DNA of 64,000 nucleotides from a virus: positions 81,467-145,466 of IMG/VR virus record IMGVR_UViG_3300035190_001334; one strand, written 5' to 3'. Made by a program: the position numbers and the translations under genes. How positions within the stretch are numbered: position 1 is the stretch's first letter; each line of letters opens with the position of its first letter. Shown here piece after piece: positions 49,233 to 57,619 of this stretch. The notes beneath the pieces were generated by a model that saw only the letters and a program-made list of their open reading frames with translations, searched no databases and was not told where the DNA came from.

Positions 49233-50006
49233 ATGGCTAAATCAACTGCATCTGGTCTTCTTTTACATCAATTGCTTGCTATCTCTGAAGGTGTGAAATC
49301 TCGCGTCAGCAAGGCGAAGACCGAAATCTACAAAACAATCCAAAAGCGTGACCTGTTTGGAGGTTTGAGCAAAACTTATCGACCCAAAGATGAAGGTGAT
49401 GAGAAGGCTTATATCTACCCTCCCGAAAATAAGTTGGTACAGAATACTGTCCAAGAGCAAGTCACGGCATTCACTTCATTGCTAGTAGAACTTTTTGATA
49501 CAATCACAACACTCGATAAGACAAACCAAGCGGCAGTCGGTAATATTGTCATCAACGGAACTGTTATTTCCGAGAATGTTCCTGTGTCAAGTTTATTATT
49601 TCTTGAAAAACAACTGACCGACATTGTGACTTTCTTCGACTCGCTGCCCACATTGGATACCGCAGAAGAGTGGAGTATTGACCCCAACACTGGTAAGTAC
49701 GCCTCTAAAGTTCGTCGTACCAACAAGACCAAGAAAATCACTGATTGGAAGGTCATTGAAGGTACGCTGACCGACAAGCACCCTGCTCAGGTCAAAGAGT
49801 ACAGCCAAGACATCAATGAAGGTGTGTGGGAGCAAATCAGCTACAGTGGTGCGATTTACCAAACTACCAAGCAAGCACTCGTCAGTCGCGCTCAGAAGCT
49901 TCTAGAGGCTGTTGTAGTAGCAAGAGAAGGTGCGAACGCCATTGAGGTGATTCCATTCAAGATTGGAAAAGATATTACGGACTATCTGACTGCACCGTTG
50001 CAATAG
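49233..50006 (+). CDS. Conserved uncharacterised helical protein (recalled as DUF7873-like; unverified)
   Basis: LHQLLAISEGVKSR...LFGGLSKTYRPKDE...PPE.KLVQ...VPVS.LLFLEKQL...HPAQV...SGA...AREGAN. Confidence 0.8.
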   Translation: MAKSTASGLLLHQLLAISEGVKSRVSKAKTEIYKTIQKRDLFGGLSKTYRPKDEGDEKAYIYPPENKLVQNTVQEQVTAFTSLLVELFDTITTLDKTNQAAVGNIVINGTVISENVPVSSLLFLEKQLTDIVTFFDSLPTLDTAEEWSIDPNTGKYASKVRRTNKTKKITDWKVIEGTLTDKHPAQVKEYSQDINEGVWEQISYSGAIYQTTKQALVSRAQKLLEAVVVAREGANAIEVIPFKIGKDITDYLTAPLQ

Positions 50007-50010
50007 CTAG

Positions 50011-50038
50011 AAGAGGCACTCGAAAGGGTGTCTTTTTT
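50011..50038 (+). terminator. Intrinsic terminator
   Basis: AAGAGGCACTC-GAAA-GGGTGTCTT followed by a T-run. Confidence 0.8.
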
Positions 50039-50076
50039 ATATCTATCTTTAGGTAGATGCGGGGTAGTATGTGGGT

Positions 50077-50460
50077 CGAGTATATTGATTAAAGAGCGTA
50101 AGTTAAAGCTTATCAAACACAACATTCCTAGTTCGACTCTAGGATTCCCGATTTAACGGGAGTTGGCGGAACTGGTAGACGCATTCGGATTAAAAACCCG
50201 AAGTTGTGTAGCTCAATCTGAAAGTGAAATTGAAGTTATTGCTCCAAGTTCATTATCAAATACTTTTCTTTGTATCGAAGTTTCAAACCTAACAATTAGC
50301 AATATGAGTTCGAGTCTCATTTCTGCCTTATCGTGGCAGAATGGTATATGGGTAGTGCGGCTAGTATAAAAATAAGGTTTGACCACAGGATATTAAAAAG
50401 GCAAAGAGCGAAAGTAAAAATACTAAAAGAAGGCTAGCGTCGGATATTCGCTAGCCTTCG
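50077..50460 (+). ncRNA. Novel ncRNA with two circularly permuted tRNA-like domains (50118-50208 and 50296-50364)
   Basis: Each domain reads T-arm, acceptor 3' strand, short linker, acceptor 5' strand, D-arm; -10-like TAGTAT upstream and a strong hairpin at 50429-50459 downstream; ends approximate. Confidence 0.75.
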
Positions 50461-50540
50461 CTATATCTGCCCTAAGATAGATTCACTCGTCTCTGTAATC
50501 GCATAGACTTGTAAAACAAACAAATTAAACAACAAATCAC

Positions 50541-51164
50541 ATGGCAGCAGCTAAAACCAAGTCCGACAACACCGACGTAGTAATTTCCTCCGCAGCAGCA
50601 GCACTTGTCAAGGCAACTATAAACATTCAAGAAGCATTTAAGTCTGTGGACAGTCTCACTGAAACCGCAGAGACATTGACTCGCGACATCGCTGGTAAGA
50701 AAGCTGAAATCGCAAGCTTGACTGAAGAATATCAGACAAGATATCGACAAGCTGAAGTTGACTTCAATCTGAAGTTGGCAGAAAAGAAGGATGCGACAGT
50801 TACTGAGTACTTGAAGTCAGTTGGTAAAGAAGCAGTCGAATCTGCAACCTACAAGGCATTGCAGACTGAACTCGTTGCAGTTAAGCAAGAACGTGATGCT
50901 GAAGTCAAAAAGGCAGTCGCAATCGAACAAAATCGTCTGATTCGCGAATACTCGGCAGAAAAGAGTCTACTCATCAGCCAAAACGAAACTGCGACCGCCA
51001 AGCAACTTGCACAAATCGAATCTCTTGTCGAACGTAATGGCGCACTCAGCAATGAAATCGCTAAGCTGTTTAGAGAAATCGAAGCTCAACGTGCTTTGAC
51101 TGCTGAAGTCGCTAAGGCATCTGCAATTGGTAATGTAAATTTCCCTACACCTAACGGTCGCTAA
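50541..51164 (+). CDS. Coiled-coil protein
   Basis: Ala/Glu/Lys-rich heptad pattern; followed by terminator GGCTCC-GAAA-GGAGCC-TTTTT. Confidence 0.75.
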   Translation: MAAAKTKSDNTDVVISSAAAALVKATINIQEAFKSVDSLTETAETLTRDIAGKKAEIASLTEEYQTRYRQAEVDFNLKLAEKKDATVTEYLKSVGKEAVESATYKALQTELVAVKQERDAEVKKAVAIEQNRLIREYSAEKSLLISQNETATAKQLAQIESLVERNGALSNEIAKLFREIEAQRALTAEVAKASAIGNVNFPTPNGR

Positions 51165-51209
51165 GTCTTACAATACACATTGCACGGCTCCGAAAGGAGC
51201 CTTTTTATT

Positions 51210-51500
51210 ATGAATGATACTATCAATAAAATCGCTGCGCTCATGGCAGAAGAAGAATCTGCGTGGAGAGAGTCTCAGATACTAAAAACTGCCGAGACTA
51301 CTGGAATCCTAAGCCCAACCAAGTTGGTGAAACTTGGTTGGGGTTTTGGGTTGCAACGAGATACTACCACTGGTCAAAATGTGTTGATGTGGGGTTGGAG
51401 TAATAGAGAAAATATGTTTATCGAGGAGTCGCGCTTTGAGTCGAAGGTGAAGCAGGAGTTTGAAGCTATTTGTAGAGATTCTATGAGGCGACCGCTATGA
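51210..51500 (+). CDS. Hypothetical protein
   Basis: ATG directly after the terminator hairpin. Confidence 0.55.
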   Translation: MNDTINKIAALMAEEESAWRESQILKTAETTGILSPTKLVKLGWGFGLQRDTTTGQNVLMWGWSNRENMFIEESRFESKVKQEFEAICRDSMRRPL

Positions 51501-52078
51501 ATGCAACTATGGTCGGAATTGTTTGCGAACGGTGTGGAAAAGGAAAAGAGATAAAGTTAAGTAACTATAACAAAAAACTGAAAGAGAAATCTAAATTCTT
51601 TTGTTCAATACGCTGTTCTTCAACTTTCTGGGCAAGAGATAAAGGTCTTTACGAAAACACATTAAAAAACCTTATTCTAGAAGCTAATCCAGAACCTCCA
51701 AAAGAGTCTGGAAATAAATCAAAAGCCAATTTATTCAATTACTATATCAAAATATGTAGGAACAGAAAAAATAAGGATTTTGGTATTACTGTGGAATACT
51801 TAGAAAAGTTGTGGGACTGCCAGCAAGGTAGATGTGCTGTATCTGGAATTGAATTAGAACTTCCTATAGGTACGGCAGGTTTTAAATCTGCCAGACCATT
51901 TTTTGCTGCTAGTTTAGATAGGATTGACTCTAATATAGGTTATGTGGAGGGTAATGTGCAATTTATCTGCCTAGCTGCTAATTACATGAAACATAGTTGG
52001 GATAATCAAGAGTTTTTAAACGGTTTCGATAAACTCACAAGAGAATATATCTATCTAAAGTATGGTGTAACTATTTAG
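51497..52078 (+). CDS. His-Me finger (HNH/EndoVII-like) endonuclease with N-terminal Zn finger
   Basis: CERC...FCSIRC; QQGRCAVSG...SLDRIDS..GY..GNVQ.IC..AN.MK. Confidence 0.8.
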   Translation: MNATMVGIVCERCGKGKEIKLSNYNKKLKEKSKFFCSIRCSSTFWARDKGLYENTLKNLILEANPEPPKESGNKSKANLFNYYIKICRNRKNKDFGITVEYLEKLWDCQQGRCAVSGIELELPIGTAGFKSARPFFAASLDRIDSNIGYVEGNVQFICLAANYMKHSWDNQEFLNGFDKLTREYIYLKYGVTI

Positions 52079-52100
52079 CTGTTTGTGATAGTATATAAAT

Positions 52101-52159
52101 GTTATTGAGATTACTGGAGAACTTGCAGATACGTGGGGTCGCAGCCACCACCTCCACCA
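52101..52159 (+). ncRNA. Orphan tmRNA acceptor-piece-like RNA ending CACCTCCACCA
   Basis: Same GTTATTGAGATT start as the tmRNA acceptor piece; T-arm-like GTGG-GGTCGCAG-CCAC; encoded ACCA end. Confidence 0.5.
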
Positions 52160-52193
52160 ATGCTTTGTAGCTCAGTGGTAACTAAATAAAAGT

Positions 52194-52757
52194 ATGACAA
52201 AAGGTTCGGAAGTAATAAGGAAACGCAGAGAAAAAGTTAAAAATCTTATAGTTGATTCTATGGGAGGTTCCTGTCAAGTATGCGGTTATAAAAGATGTAT
52301 AGCTGCATTAGAACTTCACCATTTAAACCCAGAAGAAAAAGATTTTTCTTTCAGTAAACTTAGGTCTAATAATCTAAATTGGTCTAAGGTCGTAGAAGAA
52401 TTAAAAAAGTGTATATTAATTTGCGCTAATTGTCACAGAGAAGTTCATAACAACTATTTAAAAATACCTGAGAATTATCAAAAATTTGATGAGAGTTTTA
52501 CTTTCGTAGGGTCAAAAAAGTCTAAAGAATACGATAGCTGTCCTGTATGTAATGAGCGCAAAGCTAAAACTCAAAAATATTGTTCAAAGCAATGCCAAAA
52601 TTCAGTGAAAAAGAACTCAGGCAAAATTAATTGGTCTTCGATAGATTTAGAAGAGCTTATCAAAGAATATAAAACTAACGTAGCTTTGGGAGAATTTTTA
52701 GGTGTTTCTGATTCGTATATAGCAAGGAGAAGAAAGGGAAATATAAAGCTCACCTAG
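52194..52757 (+). CDS. HNH homing endonuclease
   Basis: CQVCGY..C..ALELHHL.P..K.F...EL.KC..ICANCHREVH. Confidence 0.85.
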   Translation: MTKGSEVIRKRREKVKNLIVDSMGGSCQVCGYKRCIAALELHHLNPEEKDFSFSKLRSNNLNWSKVVEELKKCILICANCHREVHNNYLKIPENYQKFDESFTFVGSKKSKEYDSCPVCNERKAKTQKYCSKQCQNSVKKNSGKINWSSIDLEELIKEYKTNVALGEFLGVSDSYIARRRKGNIKLT

Positions 52758-52798
52758 AGATAGATTTTTTAGTAATCTTTATATGCTATTATTTATAA

Positions 52799-53015
52799 GT
52801 TATTGAGATTCTAGGAGTTTCCTAGGAAAGACTTGGGTTCAATTCCCAAATAGTCCATTATCAAGGGCTATAACAGGTTCTCGATTTCAGAGGAAAGCCT
52901 AGAACACGCTGAAGTTTTATGAATGGAAGCTAGATGACACAAAAACAAATGCCAAAAACCAAATCGTTAAATTCGCCCGTAAGTCTACACCTGTAGCTGT
53001 TGCAGTTTAACCACC
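52799..53015 (+). ncRNA. ssrA: Circularly permuted (two-piece) tmRNA
   Basis: Acceptor piece ~52799-52857 (TTGGG-TTCAATT-CCCAA, ATAGTCC-A); 7-nt spacer; coding piece from GGGCTAT 52865 giving G3-U70; tag AKNQIVKFARKSTPVAVAV* at 52951-53010. Confidence 0.9.
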
Positions 53016-53016
53016 C

Positions 53017-53055
53017 GAAGACCTCGTATACTTAACGGTTGCGAGGTCTTCTTAT
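53017..53055 (+). terminator. Terminator hairpin after tmRNA
   Basis: GAAGACCTCGTA...TGCGAGGTCTTC. Confidence 0.75.
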
Positions 53056-53169
53056 ATCTGGAGATAATTGAACAACTTGCGGTTTTCGCTTAATCATCCT
53101 CATGGTAGATGACTTGCCCTGCTCAACACGTTATATTACATAAGCAATCGAGCAAAACACCAAAAACAA

Positions 53170-53529
53170 ATGCCTGAACAAGAAATTAAAGAAGTCGAAA
53201 CCACAGAAACAGAAGTAGCAAGATTCCCCGTTGGTGCTACACTTGGCGCTGCGGTTGGGACTGAAGCGACACCTCCAAACGATACCGAAGAAGCTGAAGT
53301 CACGGTTATCGAGAACGAACCAATCTCCGTTGAACAGTATCGCGCACTTCTTGTATTAGGTGCAAGAGATGCACGTACCTATGCCGACCAAGTTGACAGC
53401 TTGATTGCCGAGATTGATGCTGGTAAGAAGGTGAAGGGAACAAAGTTGAACGGGACGGTGCGTAATCTGCGCCTTGAAATTCTTCGCAGTTCATTGACCG
53501 ACATCAAGACCGCTAAAGTCATCGGCTAA
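53170..53529 (+). CDS. Hypothetical protein
   Basis: 119-aa ORF. Confidence 0.7.
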   Translation: MPEQEIKEVETTETEVARFPVGATLGAAVGTEATPPNDTEEAEVTVIENEPISVEQYRALLVLGARDARTYADQVDSLIAEIDAGKKVKGTKLNGTVRNLRLEILRSSLTDIKTAKVIG

Positions 53530-53598
53530 CCACTAGCGCCAGCAACTAAAATGGGTAGGTGAGATTCCTGCCCCTACTATTAAACAGAGAAAATTAAA

Positions 53599-54285
53599 AT
53601 GGCTCCTAGAAAACCAGCTACGACCGAAGAAAATATCGTTATCACCGAAGATAACGTGCCTGACGTACCAGAAACCTCATCCCATCCCGACAATCTCTTT
53701 TCTGCACTTGTCAAGGCACAACTTGAGTTTACGCCAATCATCAAGGACAAGCTGAACCCTCACTTCAAGTCTAAGTATGCTGACCTAGACTCCATTATGA
53801 AGTCTATTCGTGAGCCTCTGTTAAGACATAATTTGGTACTATTCAGCTTCTTTGAGAAAGTAGAAGAGCAAACAAATCTTGTCACAAGAATCACGTTTGC
53901 ACCAACTGGCGAAAGCTTTCAAATTGACTATCCAATCGCACTTCCCGCTAACGAGCAACAAAAAGGCTCTGCACTGACCTATGCTCGACGCTACTCTATC
54001 TGTGCGTTGCTTAACTTGTCTGCTGATGCTGACGATGATGGTAACGCTGCCAGTGCTGCTCAAGCCGAAGTACAGCCTCTAGCATACTCCAAGAAAGACT
54101 GCTTAGAATGGGCTAAGACTCATGCTCCTTACTGTCATGCAAGTGATGACGAACGCGCTCTGAAGTTCGATGCCTTCGCTAAGAAGGGTCACTACGATAC
54201 AGCAGGTAAATGGAAGATACTTTGTTGGGAAAATCGCGACCGCTATAATCCTAATAAAAGCCCTGCTCCCGAAGTGGCTGCTTAA
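53599..54285 (+). CDS. erf: Erf-family ssDNA-annealing protein
   Basis: KD..NPHFKSKYADL...GSALTYARRYS..ALL....DDDG. Confidence 0.9.
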   Translation: MAPRKPATTEENIVITEDNVPDVPETSSHPDNLFSALVKAQLEFTPIIKDKLNPHFKSKYADLDSIMKSIREPLLRHNLVLFSFFEKVEEQTNLVTRITFAPTGESFQIDYPIALPANEQQKGSALTYARRYSICALLNLSADADDDGNAASAAQAEVQPLAYSKKDCLEWAKTHAPYCHASDDERALKFDAFAKKGHYDTAGKWKILCWENRDRYNPNKSPAPEVAA

Positions 54286-54363
54286 TCATCCTTTAGATGG
54301 ATACTTTAGCTACGACTTTTCGATAAACTAACTACATTCAAACAAAGAAACAAAAAAAAACAC

Positions 54364-54771
54364 ATGGCTCCTTTATTTTCTGCAATCGGTTCTGGCAAAG
54401 TTGAAGAATTTGTTGGTTACGTTCGTACTTCTCGTCCCGCAAGAGGTGACGACTTCGCTGGTTACGCTGACCTTGGTGTTTCCGTTAACACTGCCGCCAA
54501 AGGTGCTGAGCAATATGCCCCAAGCGTTTTCCTTTCTGTTCACAGCGATGACGAAAGCATCGGTATTGGCGATAAGGTTCTGGTAAAGGGTTTGTTAAGA
54601 AGTCGCACTGATGAAAGTGGCGAGAAGACTTACTATTCGCTCGACCGTTACACTCTGTTCCCTGTTGTGGTGCTTGAGAAGGCTAAGGCGAAGGATGCTG
54701 CGGCTACTACTACTAAGACTGCAACTAAGTCTGCGGCTCCTGCACAAGACGATAGTGACGAGGATTTTTAG
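54364..54771 (+). CDS. ssb: Single-stranded DNA-binding protein
   Basis: OB-fold-like GDKVLVKGLLRSR; acidic tail DDSDEDF; next to erf. Confidence 0.7.
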   Translation: MAPLFSAIGSGKVEEFVGYVRTSRPARGDDFAGYADLGVSVNTAAKGAEQYAPSVFLSVHSDDESIGIGDKVLVKGLLRSRTDESGEKTYYSLDRYTLFPVVVLEKAKAKDAAATTTKTATKSAAPAQDDSDEDF

Positions 54772-55009
54772 GTTTAATTCGTAATTGTAACACTACGAGG
54801 GGCGATGATTAAGTTCTCGCCCTTTCACATTATTTACTGAACAAAATGACTACAGAAATAAACATCTCCAAACCAGAGTTACTAAACGCTACTCACCTCC
54901 TCTCTTCTGAGTCCTACGATAGAATACAGACCTTAAAAGCGCTACTGAATAAATCAGAAAAAGAAGTTATCGAAATTGCAATAGAACAAGGATACAAGGC
55001 ACTAACTAA

Positions 55010-55654
55010 ATGAAACTACTAATCTCACTCCCTCTTTCTGACGCAGCGCAGCAATTCTATGGTAGCTCTGCTCCTACATACAACAAAGTTGGCGATGCAG
55101 GGATTGACCTACCCTTTGTTTTCGATGCACAACCTTATGACATTCAAGTACCACAGACATTACTAAGACTTGATTTTGGCACGGTTTTTGCGATGTACAC
55201 TATTAATCATCACAACTTAGTTCGATGCCTGATAGATGCTTCTAGTGAGCAAGAAAAACTTGACTATTGCCACTATCAACTAACTAATCGGCATAATTTA
55301 GGTTTGATTGATTCCCACTTCGATGTTCGTTCTCGCAGTAGCATTGACAAAACTCCATATCGTCTTTGCAACTCTGTAGGCACAATCGACAAGACTTATC
55401 GTGGAGTGCAGAAAGAAGAGTATCGCTGGACTGGTGACGCGCTGAAGGCATCGCTTGACTACCATCCTCATTTTGGTGCTGGTTTAGCTTCTACTGCTTA
55501 TCTCTCTGCTGGCGACCGCTTACTTCAAATAACTGCTCCTGCGCTTGACGATATACTTTGGGTGAGATTGGACTTCACAGAGGCGAATTGTTTATTTTGG
55601 TCTGAAGTAATCGGCAATAAGAGTAGAGGGGGTTTTGGTAGCAGTGGAACCTAA
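55010..55654 (+). CDS. dut: dUTPase (trimeric type)
   Basis: GDAGIDL, RSRSS, SVGTIDKTYRG, GDRLLQ and RGGFGSSG motifs. Confidence 0.9.
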   Translation: MKLLISLPLSDAAQQFYGSSAPTYNKVGDAGIDLPFVFDAQPYDIQVPQTLLRLDFGTVFAMYTINHHNLVRCLIDASSEQEKLDYCHYQLTNRHNLGLIDSHFDVRSRSSIDKTPYRLCNSVGTIDKTYRGVQKEEYRWTGDALKASLDYHPHFGAGLASTAYLSAGDRLLQITAPALDDILWVRLDFTEANCLFWSEVIGNKSRGGFGSSGT

Positions 55655-56121
55655 TACATTTACTCATTTTCATCTGGTTTGGGTGGATTGCGTAGGCGCG
55701 ATTACCCTGTATAAAATACCACTTGAACACGCTTCTAAATTTATAGAAGCTCAAAAATCTCCTAACGATATAGATTTGCTCTTGCATTACAATCCTGAAG
55801 TTCAGTGCGAACAAATCAATATTAAGTGTCCTGTCACATTGTTTGGAACTGTTATGTTTGTGAGTGGTTGATTATGCAAGAAAAAGTATATGTAATTTGG
55901 TCTGAGTTTGAAGACCTTCCTAAAATCTATGAATGTCCTAACGAGTTTGTAGAGACGTTTACTAAATGTAATGGGAAGGCTGTTAATGGTAACAATCTAA
56001 CAGAAGAGGAAACTATTGTATATGACCGTTTTTGTACACAGGTATTTCAAGGTGTGCATGAGCCTGTAGATATGTGTCAGGTTTTGTCTGGTAGATTTGT
56101 GTCTGTAGGCTGGTATCCTTA

Positions 56122-57063
56122 ATGGCTAAGAAATTATTCCAATACACACCTTTTATAGAGTATGCTGGCGAAATAACTGAGGAATCGGGGAAACGCCAGT
56201 ATACGAGTAAGTGCGGATTGTCCTGTGCCTCGACAACTACGGTGTTAAGCCAATACGAAGATTTAACGAATGATAAGGGCGAAGATATTTTGGAGGTGTG
56301 GGGCAACAAGATGAGGAGTTTGGGTGAAGACCCTGATGAGATTTCGGCTGAAAGCGCAAGGGTGGGGACGATGGCACATTCCTACATCGAGAATTACTTA
56401 TTATGGGGAGAATATTGTCTTGGCAGCCTTGTTGAGCAGAAATTAGCGTGTACTGCCATTGATAACTTCTATAGCCATGTAGACCCCGAATACGCGCAAG
56501 TAGAGCAGCCATTATTTTTTCACGGTCGCCTACAGAAAAAACCAGAAGATTTTATGCTGGCTGGCAGATACGACAATCTCGTAAAAATCCCAGATAACAC
56601 ATTCAAAATCGTTAAGACAGGTGAAATAATCTCAGAAAAATTTGTTATATGCGATTTAAAAACGAAACGCTCGTACATAAAAAACAAGAACGGTACTTTA
56701 AAACTCAAGAGCCTCCCAAGATTTGATGAGTGCGACATGATGTTTAAAAACTGTTTACAGTGTGCGTTTTATAGTGCTGCGCTTACTTTGGGTACAGATT
56801 TCAAGGAAAAGTATGGTGCTGGAATAACGGGAGCTATATTGGTATACACAAACGAGCAGCGTTGCAAGCTTGCGTACATTTCACATTCGGATTTAAATTA
56901 CTATTGGAAGATTTTCAAGGATATTTTACGAGATTTCTATGGTATTAAGCCACTAGAAAAATCGTGGAAGCAGCTTATACAGGAGAGTAACTGGCGACCA
57001 GATTATGTGAATGGTGGTTATACAAATAATATTCCAAAGGAAATTGAGCTAATAAGACCTTAA
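56122..57063 (+). CDS. PD-(D/E)XK (RecB/Cas4-like) exonuclease
   Basis: STTTVL...GT.AH..IE...AGRYD...DLKT...Q.AFY. Confidence 0.8.
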   Translation: MAKKLFQYTPFIEYAGEITEESGKRQYTSKCGLSCASTTTVLSQYEDLTNDKGEDILEVWGNKMRSLGEDPDEISAESARVGTMAHSYIENYLLWGEYCLGSLVEQKLACTAIDNFYSHVDPEYAQVEQPLFFHGRLQKKPEDFMLAGRYDNLVKIPDNTFKIVKTGEIISEKFVICDLKTKRSYIKNKNGTLKLKSLPRFDECDMMFKNCLQCAFYSAALTLGTDFKEKYGAGITGAILVYTNEQRCKLAYISHSDLNYYWKIFKDILRDFYGIKPLEKSWKQLIQESNWRPDYVNGGYTNNIPKEIELIRP

Positions 57064-57103
57064 GATAGATGACGCGCCTACTTCTATACCCTAAACTACA
57101 GCA

Positions 57104-57619
57104 ATGAGCATTAACACACCCGCATCAATTTTCCAACTCGGTCATACCGTTATGGAAGTTCATCAGTTTATTAAGTTATGGGAGTATGGCAGATTAGATT
57201 GGAATACTTGTCTTTTAGAAATGCATAAAGCTTTAGTGCAAAGGTGTATCGAGCTAAACGACAAGTGGGAAGTTGGCTTAGATATCTCTGAGAAAATGTT
57301 TGCTATATCTGAAAACTGCCAACCTCAATCATATCCAGAAGCAAAATTGTTTGAATACAGCAAACTAGAACAACAACAAAATGTAATTCGCTGTATTCAT
57401 ATTGTTGCAAATGTCTATTTTAAACTTCTAGATATTGCAAAACAAAAAGCAAGGGACAGGCAAATTGAACGTATCATATGCTATAAAGATGGACGCAGAG
57501 AATTTCACTACAGCGATGGTCATGTAGAGGCTTGGGAAAATCATGGGCAACTTCTTAATTTTGAATTATCTGCACAAGCTGGAGAATGTATCGAATCACA
57601 GAAGCTGGATATTAGCTGA
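57104..57619 (+). CDS. Hypothetical protein
   Basis: 171-aa ORF. Confidence 0.6.
   Translation: MSINTPASIFQLGHTVMEVHQFIKLWEYGRLDWNTCLLEMHKALVQRCIELNDKWEVGLDISEKMFAISENCQPQSYPEAKLFEYSKLEQQQNVIRCIHIVANVYFKLLDIAKQKARDRQIERIICYKDGRREFHYSDGHVEAWENHGQLLNFELSAQAGECIESQKLDIS

Noticed and set aside
50163-50369. 68-aa ORF from the track
   Set aside because: Starts inside the tRNA-like acceptor/D-arm and crosses both structured domains; better explained as RNA
52890-52902. GAGGAAAGCC as RNase P RNA P4 motif
   Set aside because: It is one strand of the tmRNA inter-piece helix, and the other rnpB conserved regions are absent nearby
56122-57063. Cas4-like nuclease as part of a CRISPR system
   Set aside because: No array or other cas genes; sits with erf/ssb/primase as a recombination exonuclease
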